Source: Octopus vulgaris (lineage: Eukaryota). Taken from it: 64,000 nucleotides of DNA. The position numbers were made by a program, and so were the translations under genes. How positions within the stretch are numbered: the first letter of the stretch is position 1; every line of letters begins with the position of its first letter. The notes under the pieces are model-generated. The model saw only the letters and a list, made by a program, of their open reading frames with translations, was not told where the DNA came from and made no database searches. The DNA lies in NCBI GenBank assembly GCA_951406725.2, contig OX597823.1, positions 96,100,001 to 96,164,000 on the forward strand, written 5' to 3'. Shown here one piece after another: positions 63,819 to 64,000 of this stretch.

Positions 63819-64000
63819 TTTTTCCTTCTTTCTTCAAACTCTCTTCCATTTCTCGTCCATACATCTAGGGCAGAGAAGCACATTGTATGCATTCCCAGAT
63901 TACACGCGCAAATTCACAGATAAAATATGTATTTAAAAATTAATAAATAAGTAAATTCATGGATGGATGTTATTTTCACAGCGATAATGCTCTTCTCAGT

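Overview
AT-rich, microsatellite- and retroelement-dense animal genomic DNA. The repeat families and (TA)n/(TG)n density suggest a cephalopod, probably Octopus (inference). Genes: (1) the 3'-terminal coding exon of a formin-like (FMNL) gene on + near 2.9 kb, with a candidate alternative last exon near 9.0 kb. (2) The last five exons of an SLC22/organic-cation-transporter-like gene on - (35.5-62.0 kb), with consistent splice phases. (3) An intronless 609-codon GRAMD1/Aster retrocopy nested in one SLC22 intron. The rest is mostly decayed mobile DNA: a mariner derivative, RTE, CR1/L2, R4/Dong, L1/Tx1 and Penelope-like (PLE) remnants, and tRNA-derived SINEs. The most striking signal is a set of minimal hammerhead-ribozyme (HHR) motifs. 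A 358-bp tandem repeat (21.2-24.0 kb) carries an HHR with a U3-A8 core covariation in three of its four units (retrozyme-like) and is interrupted by an ORF1-only LINE derivative. A TSD-flanked tRNA-head + HHR SINE lies at 10.5 kb, and further HHR motifs sit in or beside long fold-back palindromes (28.2, 51.6 kb). PLE RT and GIY-YIG remnants occur in the same window. All calls are by eye; no searches were run.
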